Origin: Chrysomallon squamiferum
Lineage: Eukaryota; Animalia; Mollusca
Direction of reading: 5' to 3'
Assembly (NCBI GenBank): GCA_012295275.1
Contig: CM022679.1
Coordinates: 21,824,001 to 21,888,000 of the forward strand
Length of the DNA stretch: 64,000 nucleotides
The translations under genes were made by a program, and so were the position numbers. The notes below the pieces were generated by a model that did no database searches, had not been told where the DNA came from, and worked only from the letters and a program-made list of their open reading frames with translations. Below, piece by piece: positions 1 through 14,358 of the stretch (its first letter is position 1; every line of letters begins with the position of its first letter).

Positions 1-1358
1 CTGGTTTTATTTTCTCTGCTTTTTTTCCTTTTTCTTTCTTTCTTTTTTTTCTTTGTTATCTATTTTTTGTTTTTAGTATTTTGGTGTTGTGTTTTACTGT
101 TGTTTTTTTGTTTTTGGTTTTTTTCAGGGTTTTTTTTTCTTGCTAAGGGGATATATCGCATTAGATCACACAACGGGATCTATGAATACACTTTTATCCT
201 GAAATATTCAGTTTCAAGATAGCTAAGTAAACACATGGGTTTGAAGATCATTTTTTTTTTTCTAAACATTTTTTTTACTACATTTTTTTTTTAACTTCTT
301 TTTTTTTAATGGCTGAACGAACTGAGGCATTGGGGACATTTTGGTACAGAGTAATAAAAAATAAAAAGGTGTCATTTTTTTTTTCCATTTTTTTTTTTTT
401 TTTTTATATACATTTTTTCCGATATGCTTGAATTGTTTGTGTATCAAATTGCAATCAGATGATGTCTACTGTTTTAAAGGGCAGTAAACCAATAAAACAT
501 GTCTCAGATACAAATCTTGTGTCTGTCAGCTGGATGGATTTGGTAACTAGATATGTGTGCGTGTATCCATGTGTGTGTTCTCTGTGTGTTCCGCTAGCGA
601 TTAATTTTACATTTGTTAAAAGAAACAAATAATTTTAAGTTGTGTAACTGTTAATATATTTATTTAGTGCGACCTTACAACTGAAAGTGTACTGTAATTT
701 AGTTTAGGAATTTATTTGAAATTTTAATGAATTTATTTCCAATGGTTTGCTTATTTGTAAGTATTTTTTTCCTTCTAAAATGCGTTTTTGTTTTTCGTTT
801 TGTTCTGCATTTTAAGTAAATAAGCACAGAATTAAATATCAAAAGAAAAAAGTCATAAATCTTGAAATTCAGTTTGGTCAGAAAATTACTAAGAAGTAGG
901 TCTGCAATGTGATTTATTAAGCTTTTTTTTTTTTAACAGAAGTTGAGTTTTTTAATCGAGAAAAGATATCTTTTAAAAGATATAAGAATTAAAGTATTTC
1001 ACAGGGAAACATATATACGTATATCATTATCTCTTTTTTCTCTTGTGTGGTCTTTATATTAATAAAATACAATTCCGAACTGCTATAACACTTAATATAT
1101 TTTCGTGAGTTTCGTTCTTTCGACACTAAAAAATGTTTTGCTATTCAAACTGATTTTACTTGTTAAATTACAATTTTATTTACTCTAAAATGCAAAATAT
1201 TAATTTTGTTGCACACACACAAACACACACAGACACACACACACAAACGCACGTACACACATATACGTGTGTGTGTCAAAACGCATCATTGTTTCTTAAT
1301 CGGGAAGGTGTTTTTATTTTTCACCACTGTTCATTCGGCTTTCAGGGTTTCAGTGTGT

Positions 1359-1456
1359 GGCCAATCAAAAAGCAATCAGCGGTCAGTTTCGTCTTCACCC
1401 CGTCTGAGCGCGGCGCCATCTTCAGGCGGAAACAGCCGTCCTAATTCGAGGTAAGT
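1359..1456 (+). promoter_or_regulatory. Candidate Pol II promoter and non-coding first exon (about 1385-1450)
   Basis: CCAAT (1361-1365), Inr-like TCAGTT (1383-1388), YY1-type CGCCATCTT (1414-1422) and consensus donor GAG|GTAAGT at 1450/1451, all within a CpG-rich island (about 1330-2070). An acceptor tttttttcag follows at 1532. Confidence 0.5.
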
Positions 1457-3189
1457 GTTTGTTATCACTGCAGACGTTACAGACATCCATTTGTGAAGGC
1501 TAAACTACAATTGCCATTCCCGTTTTTTTCAGAGATATCCTAAAAGCCCCTAGGCATCCCACGTCTAATCGCACGATCTTGTCGGCAGCCATTAAGGGTA
1601 AAGGGAGAGTACTCTAATATCGGGCACTCAAGACGTCGGATGCCGCGCGTTTCGAGTCGTTATCGCGGGTGACTGAAGTCAGCTGTTCGCAATCGCTTTG
1701 AAAATGGGTTTGGCCGTCTCCCAGCTCGGCCATGTTCTTGCGTTTCCTTCAACATGAGAAAGTTTTAGTATCTTTGCAACGATAACTGAAGAAACGTCTT
1801 CTTACTTCTTTGAAAGATACGTGTTTAATTAGGCGGCGTATTGACGTTGTGTGTGCACCTTTAACGTGTTTTTTTTTTTTTTAAAGGTTTAATGTACAAG
1901 CTGAAAGTACAGACAGCGTTTTATGATTATTTTTCGTTTCTTTGGCTTGTGATGAACGACATCATTTTTGCTTCATGCTGAATTTAGAGTTCGTTACATC
2001 TGACGTTTGTTACGTCACGTGATCTCCCAGATCCGCTTTCACTTCGCCCAATTACGGCGACGTGTTAAGTGATTTATTAATTGGTTGCATAAAGTTTATT
2101 ACTTTATTTTTATTATAGAAGTTGAGTTTTTTTTTTTAAAAGAATTTCCTGCAAAACGAGAAAATATATGTCTGAAAGGATATAAAAGTTAAATGTACAG
2201 CATTAGATAAGATATGTACATTTTTTTCTTTTTTTTTTGTGTGGTCGTTTTTATTGTAATAATAAAATGAATAAACTGAAAAATAAAATAAAAAATAAAT
2301 TTACAATACTAACTGGAATAAAACTCGGTTTCGTCTGACGTAAAATCGTAAATTTTATGTAAAACACTAAGTGGTATATTAGTGGCGTGTTAAAAAAAAA
2401 AAAAAACAAGGCTTTTGCATAATAATAACAACTTCAGAGAAAACAGCTTCTTATCAGTTAGAAACACTGAACTGTGTGTTTGTATGAGGAGCCACAGATC
2501 GCAAGATCAATCCCTCGGTGTGCGCACTTGACGTTCCAGGTAAAATTCATGAATTGGCTACTATTGCTTGTATTTTTTTTTTTTTTTTTTTTGTAGAACG
2601 GAAAATATCAGTAATAGCAGACTTAGACTGTCAATGTTGAGTTTCATTTCAGAGTCTGAAAGAACAAACTTTTGTAATAACAGTTAATATAAAATTAAGA
2701 TGGTGTGTTATTACATACGTCTGTCCGTTCATTCATTTGTACTTTATTTATTTACTTATTTGTTTGTTTATTATTTATTTTTTATTTATTTATTTATTTA
2801 TTTGTTTATTTGTTTGTTTGTTTGTTTGTTTGTTTGTTTGTTTGTTTGTTTGTTTGTTTATTTATTTATTTATTTGTGCATTTATTTTTTATTAATTTGT
2901 TTATTATTTATTTATTTATTTATTTGTCCATTTATTTATTTATTTATTTATTTTTTATTTTTTGTTTGTTTGTTGTTTGTTTATTTATTTCATACATTCA
3001 TACACAGTCAATTTTATTTAGCTGTATTAGCCATTTTGAAGCTGTATCGGTGATATTCATATCTAAATTAAAATCATACAGCAGATGTTATCAATAGTGT
3101 ATCATAGCGAAATACACAAAAAATAAACCTAGATAACTTGTGTATGTAGAGAAAACATATGTACTATCTTCCCACTATGATGTCTGAAA

Positions 3190-3249
<60 letters not shown>

Positions 3250-3466
3250 ATTAATTAGTAAATATTTTCAGGAGTTGATTTATTTTCAAAAAGAAAAAAA
3301 AAAAAGAAGATAATTACTTTGGGGTTTGGCAAATCCAAAAAGACGAGTTTTATCAGTACATTTTATAAACCCGAACCTAGTCGTGTTTAAATTAATTAAA
3401 GTTTTTCGAAGAATGAATGAAGAGGAACATATTTCTGTTTTAAAACATACTTTGGACATATTTTTA

Positions 3467-4498
3467 ACAGTTATATGGCGTAATGTATAAGTTATAATCA
3501 TATGTCATTCTATATAAGTTACAGTTATGCGGTGTAATATATAAGTTTTAATCATGTGTCATTCTATATAAGTTTCAGTTATATGACGTAATATATAAGT
3601 TTTAATCATGTGTCATTCTATATAAGTTACAGTTATGCGGTGTAATATATAAGTTATAATCATATGTCATTCTATATAAGTTACAGTTATGCGGTGTAAT
3701 ATATAAGTTATAATCATATGTCATACTGTATAAGTTACAGTTATGCGGTGTAATATATAAGTTATAATCATATGTCATACTGTATAAGATACAGTTATGC
3801 GGTGTAATATATAAGTTATAATCATATGTCATACTATGTAAGTTACAGTTATGCGGTGTAATATATAAGTTATAATCATATGTCATTCTATATAAGTTAC
3901 AGTTATGCGGTGTAATATATAAGTTATAATCATATGTCATTCTATATAAGTTACAGTTATGCGGTGCAATATATAAGTTATAATCATATGTCATACTATG
4001 TAAGTTACAGTTATGCGGTGCAATATATAAGTTATAATCATATGTCATTCTATATAAGTTACAGTTATGCGGTGTAATATATAAGTTATAATCATATGTC
4101 ATACTATGTAAGTTACAGTTAACGGTGTAATATATAAATAATCATATGTCATACTATGTAAGTTACAGTTATGCGGTGTAATATATAAGTTATAATCATA
4201 TGTCATACTATGTAAGTTACAGTTATGCGGTGTAATATATAAGTTATAATCATATGTCATACTATGTAAGTTACAGTTATGCGGTGTAATATATAAGTTA
4301 TAATCATGTGTCATTCTATGTAAGTTACAGTTATGCGGTGTAATATATAAGTTTTAATCATATGTCATACTATGTATGTTACAGTTATGCGGTGTAATAT
4401 ATAAGTTATAATCATATGTCATACTATGTAAGTTACAGTTATGCGGTGTAATATATAAGTTATAATCATATGTCATACTATGTAAGTTACAGTTATGC
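3467..4498. repeat. 54-bp minisatellite, about 19 copies (tataagttacagttatgcggtgtaata tataagttataatcatatgtcattcta)
   Basis: Directly visible tandem array. The 18-aa periodicity of the overlapping ORFs (MTYDYNLYITPHNCNLYR) confirms a 54-nt unit. One unit near 4115-4145 carries small deletions. Confidence 0.97.
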
Positions 4499-5565
4499 AC
4501 TTTCCATACGTTCCAGGTCATCATTCGTTTCTTTCTTCTTCTTCTTCTTTTTTTTTTTTTTTTTTTCTTTAATCTGTGACTGAACCTATACATATTCACT
4601 AATGACGTCACCTTTCAGCAGATATGAAAGGTTTTCTGATGGAAACAGTTTAAAAATCACCCATACCGAGAATTCCTGACGACAGTAACAGAAATACGTC
4701 CACAATAAACACAACAGTTTACAGTGAGACGAAACTATTAAAAATAAAGTATTGTGATTTATGTTTTCAATGTTTAAAGTGTAATAAAATTTAAAATACT
4801 ACAGTTTTACGCTTCTTAATTTGATTTTTTTTTTTTAATTTATTTTTGAGGTAATAAAAATAAATTATTTAGATGGGATAAATAAAATTATGTACGCAGT
4901 CAGCAAAATTGGAAAACTACACAAAGTATAACAAGTAATATTAGTCAAGGATGTATTTTTGTTCTGAAAGTCAGCATTTTTCTTTCTTTCTTTCTTTCTT
5001 TCTTTCATTATTTATTTATTTCAAAACATTCTTATAAACAGTTCTTATGAATCGTCTTCTTTTTCTTCTTTCATTCTTTCTCCTCCATTCATTTTTTTTT
5101 TTTAAGTCTATTTATTTCCCTCTTTTTTCCCCAGTTTTATTTTGTTTTTCATTTTCTTTGTTTCTCTCTTTTCTTTTCTTTTCTTTTTTTTTTTTTCTCA
5201 TTTCTGACACTGTTTCAAAATATAGTTTCCTTGAACTGAGAACCTTAAACTGTTAATGAATATACCAATATTTTGTTTCTTTTTTACATTTGTGTGTGTT
5301 TGTATGTGTGCACGCGTGTGTGTGTGTGTGTGTGTGTGTTTCTTTTTTTCTCAAGCTGCTGAAATCTAAAGTTACAGAAATGTCAATACCGATGTCTTGT
5401 ATTTGCATCATCAATAACAGTTCAAAAAAAAAAAGAAATAACATAATAATAAGAAATAAATGGAAGTTAATAAAAAGTAAGTAAGTAAATAATAAGATAT
5501 GTAAAACAAACAGGATTTTAAATAATAATAATAATAATAATAGATTTAAGAAATATAGTTCATTA

Positions 5566-5612
<47 letters not shown>

Positions 5613-5783
5613 CGACTTCACATAATTATAATTTAATGGAAAGCTTGTCGAACGAAAAGGAAAATGTTTTGCATACCAAGGGAGACCATGCACGTTGTAG
5701 TAATTAATTCGGTGGAAAGAGTTGTCTTCCTTGAAACATGAAATACCTGAGAGAAAGAAAGCGAAGGACTCGTATGCTGTTAT

Positions 5784-5836
<53 letters not shown>

Positions 5837-5970
5837 CATACATATATATCTATCTATATATCCATCTATCTATATATATGTATATACATACATACATATA
5901 TACTTATATATATAGTTGAACGGATGTCTTTAAATATAATTTGAATGGTACTCACTGGTGTTTACACATA

Positions 5971-6038
<68 letters not shown>

Positions 6039-7084
6039 TTCTTAAATTCAGAAAAAGGCTTCATTTTTTTTTCTTTTTTTTTTTTTTTTTTTTTAAATGT
6101 TACAGTCTTTAAACTGCATTCACGACAGATTAAAAATGCTATTTTGTCCATGACAATGAACATCTATTATTACTTTTTAAAACAACAAAACGTCAAAATA
6201 TCATAGCTGCATGTTACAAGGACGTCCTGGTTTTGTCTAAGTCCAAAAATAATGAGAGTAGCTGACATGAATAAATAAATAAATATATAAATAAATTCTT
6301 TCCTTCTGGGCTTCGGTAACCTTGCCGCAGCAAATTATGTTTCATACACAGTGCTATTAGGTCAGTTACCATAACGCGATCACTTCCAGCTAATTAAATT
6401 CGACAGTTAATTTAAAAAGGTACGGATTCGCCGAGTCTATTTGCGGCAGACGTTTGCCGGCAAGCGAGAAAAACGTGAAGGAGTTCGGTAATAGCACGCA
6501 CGCAATTGTTATTTATAACAATAGTCATTACATTTGAAAGGTGTCCATTAGCCGAGGAAAGGCTGGAAATAGCCAGAATTGCTGTAGCTTGCAAGGTTAA
6601 TTCAGTAATGATACGAAAACAGAAGGCCATTTAGCAAGCGAGAAAAGTAAATGTCGTTTTGCTCGTTAGATCTTGTCGATCGTGTGATGATAAGGGTAAA
6701 AACGGGGACCCTCATTACAGCTGTTAGATAACGCGAAAGTGAGAAACTGAAGTGTATTAATAGCTTCAACAGAAGTACCGAGGACCAGGGAACGCCCACC
6801 CGTTTATTGCTTACGTCATCTCGTACAACTGTGTAAGAGAGATCGGTGCGCGTGTTTGAATAGAAACCTGTTTGTTCAGTAATAGCCGGTTTTATTTGTG
6901 TTTTTTTTTATTATTATATATATTTTTTTTTTACCTGCACAATTTTTGTTTAATATTTGTTTCTTTCTGTATGTGTGTTACCATTTACATTATATTTTCT
7001 TTCTTCTTTCTTCGTTTTTGTTTGTTTTATTTGTTTGCTTTATTTATTTTTTTTATCTATTTTATTTAACTTCATTCTTTTTTC

Positions 7085-7117
<33 letters not shown>

Positions 7118-7467
7118 TTTCATTCTGAAGTTTATTATCGTCGTCGTCGTTGTTGCTTTTATTATTATTATTAACAGATATATTCTTCATTTTACTGCAT
7201 ACTATAGAACGCAGACAAAGAATTAACAAAGGCATTTTATGCCACGCCCACAAATAAATACAGTTTCACTGTTTTGACATACAGGTAAATTACCTGTAAC
7301 TGATACACCTGGCGAATCTAGGTCTTGTGACTGATCTAACAGGATGTAAACAAAATATTTGTTACAAGGATGTCGTCCTTGTAGGTCGACCGCATACCTC
7401 GATTAAATAAACCAGTCAAAACTAAACTTACGTTTTATTATCTGTGTCTCTATCATTACTTCCGACT

Positions 7468-7520
<53 letters not shown>

Positions 7521-8329
7521 ATCCTGTTTCTATTTTCTTGTCTATGTCTTTCTCTCACTCTTCTTTCCCCATCTCTGTAATTCACACATATACACAGGTT
7601 ACTTTCTCCATATCTTTTTCTCTTTACCGCTCTTTCTTTCACTCATTCTTTTCACCATACTTTCAGTTTGTCTTCCTACCTTTCTGTAACTTTCTCTCTC
7701 TTCTGATCGCCTACTGAGTTGTTTTTCAACGAGAAAGAATTCAATTTATAAACTAAACTGAAAATAACGACATAACTACGTGCGTTGTCACAAGTCTGTG
7801 CACGCGATCTTTATGCAATAAAAGATATTGCTCTTCCTAATAGTTACATTGTGACAGTTATCTTAATCGATGGCTTAAATGTTTCAATAAAATATTATAA
7901 TTTCGTAATCAACGAGGTGATGTCAAAATATTGTGTGTCGAACTCGAGTATTATATCCGCTCCTTTAACAAACGTCACTTGTTAATTTGGAACTATATCC
8001 ATTACTGTATTATTCATTTCAAACCTTCAGCGTGATGACCTTCACGTTTTCATTATTTGGCTTCGTATTCTCATTCATACAACTAGTTTATTGCTATAAC
8101 AATAACTGCGAAAAAGAAAATGTGGGCGTCAAGGCCGCAGTCTCCAGTTAGTCTGATGGGAATAACAAGTGGTATTTAATAATAGCTTCGTATGATATAT
8201 ACTGTGATATTGAAAACATTTAATATAAATGAAACAACAGTTAAACCACTGATTCGTGTATGATGCTTAGGTTCTTAGATCTCGTCCCCCTACTGGCTCC
8301 TTTTTAGCCTTAAAAATAGGAGCTGCTGC

Positions 8330-8420
8330 AGGTTTGACACTCGATAAGCTGCAGGATCGATCCCCATTGACTTTGTATCCATTGGATTATTTCCCGATCC
8401 AATAAAAGCTCCATACTTTT
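8330..8420 (+). mobile_element. SINE head fragment; similar heads at 2490-2530 (+), 33625-33690 (-) and 45541-45790 (-)
   Basis: B-box-like gcaggatcgatcc at 8351-8363, ggattgatcct at 33635-33645 and gaattgatcgtgcgatc near 45750. Confidence 0.45.
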
Positions 8421-9430
8421 GTGAATTCAAGGTTACGGTGTACGCATTCTTATTAATAATTCTTTCTGATAAGAAATGATAAGTTTCGCATTTCATCCTT
8501 TTATTAGAAACTATAAATACATAAATAATATACGTAACAAATATAATACGATTTCGTTAAATAAAATTAATGTTGTGTGGTTCTGTCGTTGAACTTAATT
8601 ATTATTATTATTATTATTATTATTATTTTTTTTTTTTTTTTTTTTTTTACCAGATTGATGTAAAGCTGTATCGATTTCCATGGCTGTATGAAAGACAATT
8701 CTCGACTGAGATTCCCGTTCTGTTGTCCCCGCTAATGTGAAGAAATGACCGAAATCCTCTCCATAAATCGCTGGAACCATTTCTTCAAGAAAAACAACCA
8801 CGGCGTACAGGGTCAAGGTCCCGCGCAGCGATTTAAATGATCACGTGATGTTTATTAGAACAGAAGGGATAGCAGTTAATCGAACGAAGTATTCGGAAAC
8901 AAAAGTTCAGTTCCGAAGCTTTTTTAAATTTTTTTTTTTTTTTTCCCCATGTCGTTCAGCGAATGCAAGAATCCTTGAAAGAATAAACCAAAACAGCAAG
9001 AAAAAAAAGAAGATAATAATAATAATAATAATGCTGGCGAAATAAGCCGAAATAAAGCGTATTTTTGTGTGCTAAACAACGAAGGTAAAGAAACTGCGCA
9101 GTTAGCTACGAAGGTTAACGAGAGAGAACAGATCAATAAATGTTTACGACGAAGCGAAGCAAACGGCGAGCGAACTCGAAATTCGATTATGTAAGTGCTG
9201 TAAGGCTGCCTCTGCGTTTCATAAATCTATATAGATATACTGTTGACATTTCCGCAGCCTTTGGTATGCGAAATAATCATCAATTATTTCTTGAGTTATT
9301 GGAAATCTTGTTGATTTTTTTTTTTGTTTTTTTTAATGTTTTAAAAATCTACTTTGAGGAGTTTTTTTTTTATGTATGAGGTTTAGATGTGGGTCATACT
9401 ATAATAATTTACTGCTAGTTTGAAAATAAA

Positions 9431-9504
<74 letters not shown>

Positions 9505-9838
9505 CAAATCACTGGAAATTAAATGTTAACAAATATTGAAAATAATACAATTCACAATCGAGAATTTGTGGTTAACCTTCTGAAATGCCTCCAGAATATC
9601 TTTAAAAAAAAAGACAATTCTCAACCTGGATATCCAGTAATATACAAATACTTCCAAATATTTACAGACTGTTGGTGAGTGCAATTCTCGGGGGTGACGT
9701 ATAGCAAGCAGCAACAGTTATCCTCGGCAAATCTTTGGGCTTATTTTCCCAGTGAAGACAATGCTCCTGTTTGATTTATCTAATGTTAGTAAGATAACGA
9801 TTAAAGAATATCTGCAAATAATTAAAGAATTTTCATAA

Positions 9839-9895
<57 letters not shown>

Positions 9896-10195
9896 CACGA
9901 CAAAATCATGGAAATAAATTTTGACATACATGCACGCTCGCATGTCAATTTTCTGTGTATATGATTAAAAAGGGAATGACGATAGTATGTGCACGTATTT
10001 TTCACATGTTTACATGTAAATAAACCTAATTATATTTATGTTCAGTATATGTACTAAGCATTTAATATGCGTCTGCCGTTTATTGAATACACAGACACAT
10101 TGTTATTTTTCTTACATAAATAGAAATAAGTAAGCATTATCCCGAAAAACACTATTGATTTTTCTATATTATTTTTCTTCTTTTTTCTTTTTATT

Positions 10196-10232
<37 letters not shown>

Positions 10233-11302
10233 CTTTTTCTTTTTCTTTTGTATTTTTTGTTTGTTTTTTTTTTTTTTTTTTTTTTTACCTCTCTCAACCA
10301 TATTTATTTTCAAACAACGCCCTTGTTAAGATTTAGTAAATCAAAAATTTTGTATCTACTAGTGAAGTATATATATTCCGTGAACCACACCCATCACAAT
10401 AACATCGTCACGGAGTTTCTGTGTACCTGTTTGGCATGTTGCCAGAACCACTGGTCGCTGTAAATTTGAAACACACGGTGTTTACCAAGGCAAACGGCAA
10501 AGCCACGGTTACACTGCCGCACTTACAACTGTGTGTACACGAGTAGGTAAAAGATACTACATGTTTACGTCGATGGGCAGATAGCATTTTACCGTTTGAT
10601 TTTAAATTGATATGCACTGCGCTCTTGTCTCGGAACAAGAATTATAAATAGAAATTGATGCGAATGGGCGAATTTTCCAGTCTATACTTACATGTCTGGA
10701 TTTGTATTCTCGAACAAGTGCACACACACACAGACACAAACACACACACATACACACACGCACACGCACACACAGACACACTATATATAAATAGATAGAT
10801 ATACACATAGATATATAGATATACACATGCGTGTGCGTGTGTGTGTGTGTCTGTGACTATATATATATATATATGTATGTGTATAAAAATATATACTGAC
10901 ACAGAAGACAGACTGAAAAACATATATAGTTATATAATGCGGTATGTATATGTACGAATGTATGTATATAATTATGTATCTATGTCTATGTCTACGTGTA
11001 TGTATCACCGCATGTATGCATTACCTACTTGAATATACAAATAAACCCATGTCACACTTAAGATATGTCAATTATGTAGGTCACGGTGACTTTAAATTTG
11101 CTTGAAAGCCAATAATTATAAAACAACAATAACAACAACAAATAAAAAACAAACACAAATTGTTTAGTGTTTGTTTGATTAATTTAAACAGGTGATATGT
11201 AATCTACCTCTGATAACATCAGAGAAATTGAAAAGATATTCATAGAGCGGTAAATAACGGATTTTTTTTAAATTTTATTTTTTATAAAAATGCTTTTAAA
11301 CT

Positions 11303-11350
<48 letters not shown>

Positions 11351-12062
11351 CCTCGCGCTCTCTTCTCCCCCACCTCGCGCTCTCTTCTCCCTGCAAATAA
11401 ACACAACCGCAAGTAAACAAATATAAAGTATATCATTTCAATTTATTTGTTCAGTAACAGCTTACCATCTAAACAAAAATTACCAAAATGTCAAACGGAC
11501 TCCACATAAATAACTTTTCGCCAAAAAAAAAAAACGTTTTCGCGAAAATATCTCGTATTGTGCTGGTGCTTCAGGCCAAGAGCAGACGAACAAGAAATGA
11601 ATTCCCACGTCTGTGTCTGCGGAAACATCTCAATTTCATGCAGGTGGCCACGGAATAAAAATTATGACACGTCCCAAAAATATATAATCCATAAATTTGA
11701 ATATAAATTTCGATATTTTCGATCGTAAATAGTTTAAAATGTAGATAGTATGAAGATAAAAAAACAAAAAAAAAAAAAAAAAAAAACCATTCCGTTAATT
11801 AATTTGTTTTATTTATCGTTGAAAAAATATAATAATTCTGTTGAAGATTAGAGAATCCTTTTTTATGTGTGCAGCTGGTTAATACTGTTGGAAATGAATA
11901 CTGCATTTATTGTTTTAGTGTTTAAAAGATCCAATACTGCCTTTCTTTAGATTGTATAATAATGTTGTAAAAAAACCAACCCACAAAAGCAAAAAAACAA
12001 AAAAACAAAAAACCAACAACTAATAATAAAAGTAATAGTAATAATGAAAATATTACCATTTG

Positions 12063-12157
<95 letters not shown>

Positions 12158-12671
12158 CCATTCGTTCTGTTCACGATTAACATGAACTATGTCAAAATTC
12201 AAGTGATATAACCAGGCTGTCTAAAACAAATATTCTTTTATTTATTTCTAAACACCTGCAAAATATATTTTACCCGATTTAGGCCAAAGAAACAAATACA
12301 AAGTGTTCAATATTTAAAATAAATAAATAAATAAATAAAATTCTATCAAATTAAGAGAGTATATTTTATGTCACTCTGTAACGGCAGTATTTTTCTACAT
12401 TTAGATCATAATCTATGCACATAGGTGCATACCGATATATGATAGTGTTTCACCTTGCGGGCATTATATAAATTGATTAACTATCAATTGCTTTATACTT
12501 AAAAGCAGGTGCACAGTTATTTGTATTCACCTGCACACTGCTTTTCAAGAAAAAGTCAAATTTGTATGCGTATATTTATTTGTTTTAAATAAAAGAATAG
12601 GACACGTGAGGTAACATAAATTCATAAAATCACACAAATACACATACACACAAAAGCGTAAACATATACAA

Positions 12672-12749
<78 letters not shown>

Positions 12750-13392
12750 AATAATAACGTGATGTGATTATTTAATCATTTTTAAAAGGCGTCAAAACCT
12801 TTTAATGCAGAGAGAGAGAGAGAATACTTCAATGCATTTACTTTCTTTCACAGTCCAGCAAACAACATCATTTTTAAAACAAAATTTATTTATAATTTAT
12901 AGTCAAACTAGATGAAGATGACAAACTGACCTTGAGCTATAAAAGAAAAAAAAAAAAAAAATGGAAAGTAAAATCATATGCCCAGTGGAAATACTATAAA
13001 TAGCTAACCATGTGGGCGTGGTTTGATGCCGGACATTTATGGAAACGTGCCACTGGGCCAGAAATGGATAACTTAAAAAAAAAAATTAAATAAAAAGTTC
13101 TATATATACCTCAACCGTTATTTCAGAATGATAAACAAGGAAGAAAACAACTCTGAGACAGGGGTATTCTCGTCCAATGTCGTCGCCTTCGAACAGTTCT
13201 CGTGCGCACGAGACTTGGTTGTTACCCGTCAAAAATAAAATGCTCAGAAGTTAGGACAAATTTTTCTAGATCAATCTGTTGAAATAAGGTTAGGTTACTG
13301 AGAATTAGAAACGAGAAATAGGTTAAAAATGTATGGCTTGTTTGTTATTTTATTTACATTTGCATGGTATGGGAAAGATCACACATGCTCGA

Positions 13393-13430
<38 letters not shown>

Positions 13431-13740
13431 GTCTCGGTTAAATCGGGTCACACAGGAAATGAATTTTTATTTAATTCTGTTTGTGTCAAATGTAAATGAA
13501 AAGAAATGGGTCTCACGCAGGATTTCAACAGAATGCGTGTTTTTTTTTTTATGAATATACCGATAAATAACAAATGGGCGTAGTTGTTTTTTAGAATATT
13601 ATAAAAATGTAATTATTAGATAGCGCTTTTTCCATTCATATTATTCTTCGTTTTAATGTGCTTCGTTGTGCCTCACTGGAACAATCTTTGAATAACAGAT
13701 AAGTCTGACAGATCATGTTACTTAAATGTATAATATATCT

Positions 13741-13943
13741 GCTACTATTATTATTACCGCTACTACTACTACTGCTACTACTACTATTGCTACTACTACT
13801 ACAACAACGACCACTACTACTACTACTACCTCTACTACTACTAATATTTATATTAATACTATTAATACCACCACTACTACTACTACTACTAGTACTAACA
13901 CTATTAACATTACTACTGCTACTACTACTACTACTACTACTAC

Positions 13944-13985
<42 letters not shown>
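13741..13985. repeat. Compound (CTA)n/(AAT)n microsatellite; similar tracts at about 21310-21555, 22123-22200, 23010-23170 and 34390-34490
   Basis: Directly visible. It is the source of the poly-L/T/N/I/H pseudo-ORFs. Confidence 0.95.
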
Positions 13986-13987
<2 letters not shown>

Positions 13988-14147
13988 TTAAAGTTTTATT
14001 GCATTTTTGTATTAACATTTATGTATTTATTTAATTTCACTTTTATTTGTGTATAAATTTCGTATAAATCATTTAACTATTAATGACGGGAATTAATAAT
14101 ATGTAGTTGTCTGTATGTATATAATTACGTATAAATATGTATCGGCA

Positions 14148-14192
<45 letters not shown>

Positions 14193-14249
14193 TCATGTAT
14201 TTATGTATATATTTATGCATGTAAGTGTTTGAAAGTATGTATATATTCA

Positions 14250-14358
<109 letters not shown>

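Noticed and set aside
1342-1733. Minus-strand short ORFs MAELGDGQ... (39 aa, ATG at 1733) and MAPRSDG... (25 aa, ATG at 1419)
   Set aside because: The start contexts are good, but both stop quickly, no convincing donor site was found and I recognise no homology.
1949-2003. Box C/D snoRNA candidate (GTGATGA at 1949, CTGA at 1978 and 2000)
   Set aside because: It is only 55 nt, with no C' box, no terminal stem and at best about 8 nt of possible rRNA complementarity. A snoscan/Infernal hit would be needed to revive it.
3602-4611. Repetitive ORFs (MTYDYNLYITPHNCNLYR)n as a repeat protein
   Set aside because: They are a by-product of a 54-bp minisatellite lacking stops in one frame. The frame is broken by indels and there is no splice or promoter support.
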